Shown one piece after another: positions 63,590-64,000 of a DNA stretch of 64,000 nucleotides. The notes under the pieces were generated by a model, which was not told the origin of the DNA, ran no database searches, and saw only the letters and a list, made by a program, of their open reading frames with translations. The stretch is from the NCBI GenBank assembly GCA_002633005.1, contig NMRA01000875.1, positions 1 to 64,000 of the forward strand, read 5' to 3'. Source of the stretch: Phoronis australis (Eukaryota > Animalia > Phoronida). The stretch's first letter is position 1, and each line of letters opens with the position of its first letter. Position numbers and translations under genes: made by a program.

Positions 63590-64000
63590 GAAAGTTATTA
63601 ACCAAATTTCACAAAAAATCTGTCAAGGAACTTCAGAGAAACAAATAAACGAAAAAAAATGAAATTGCCACTAGGGGACACAGCGTTCGTTGGATCCGCC
63701 TAAAAATCGTTGTCCGTTGTTAGCTGCATATAAATACACGTTACTAAACGTAATAAAGATCCTGCTATGGATTTAAGAGATACAGCTATGGGCGCAAAAC
63801 AATACTACTAGGAGACACCACAGCAGTCAAAGTCGTCATCCTCAACCGTCCTCTTCACAGTGAGAACATAAACGTCAATTTCAAAAACATCCTTAGAATG
63901 GCTTGGTTGATAGAGGGTGGACTCAGAAACAACATTAGCAAAAATAGCCACTGTGTGGCGCAAAATACCTCGATTCCATCCGAAAATGGGAGGATAGCGT
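63590..64000 (-). mobile_element. Second, partial copy of the HINE-like family
   Basis: Matches the 59370-59880 units (ttgccactagg, aaagatcctgc, accgtcctcttca, ggttgatagaggg). Confidence 0.7.

Overview
This is eukaryotic, repeat-rich DNA, most likely from a marine invertebrate, with single Ns at 2294 and 2886 and a gap at 8862-9488. Host genes are a Sulfotransfer_2 (CHST8-14-type) catalytic exon on the minus strand, an intronless rhodopsin-type peptide GPCR on the plus strand, and the last six coding exons of a p38 MAP kinase on the minus strand. Most of the rest is transposable elements: a solo LTR, a DD37D/maT Tc1-mariner, a Penelope remnant, an Academ element, several Kolobok elements, L1/Tx1 and CR1/L2 LINEs, a HINE/Helentron-type element and MITEs, several of them nested. 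The standout is a Ty3/Gypsy LTR retrotransposon (about 2.0-8.9 kb). Its integrase ends in an H3K4me3-reader-type PHD finger, and in the env position it carries an intact second ORF with a C2H2-like motif and a complete TatD-family nuclease. That ORF is in the same frame as pol, behind a single TAA and a splice-acceptor-like site. All calls come from reading motifs by eye; no searches were run.
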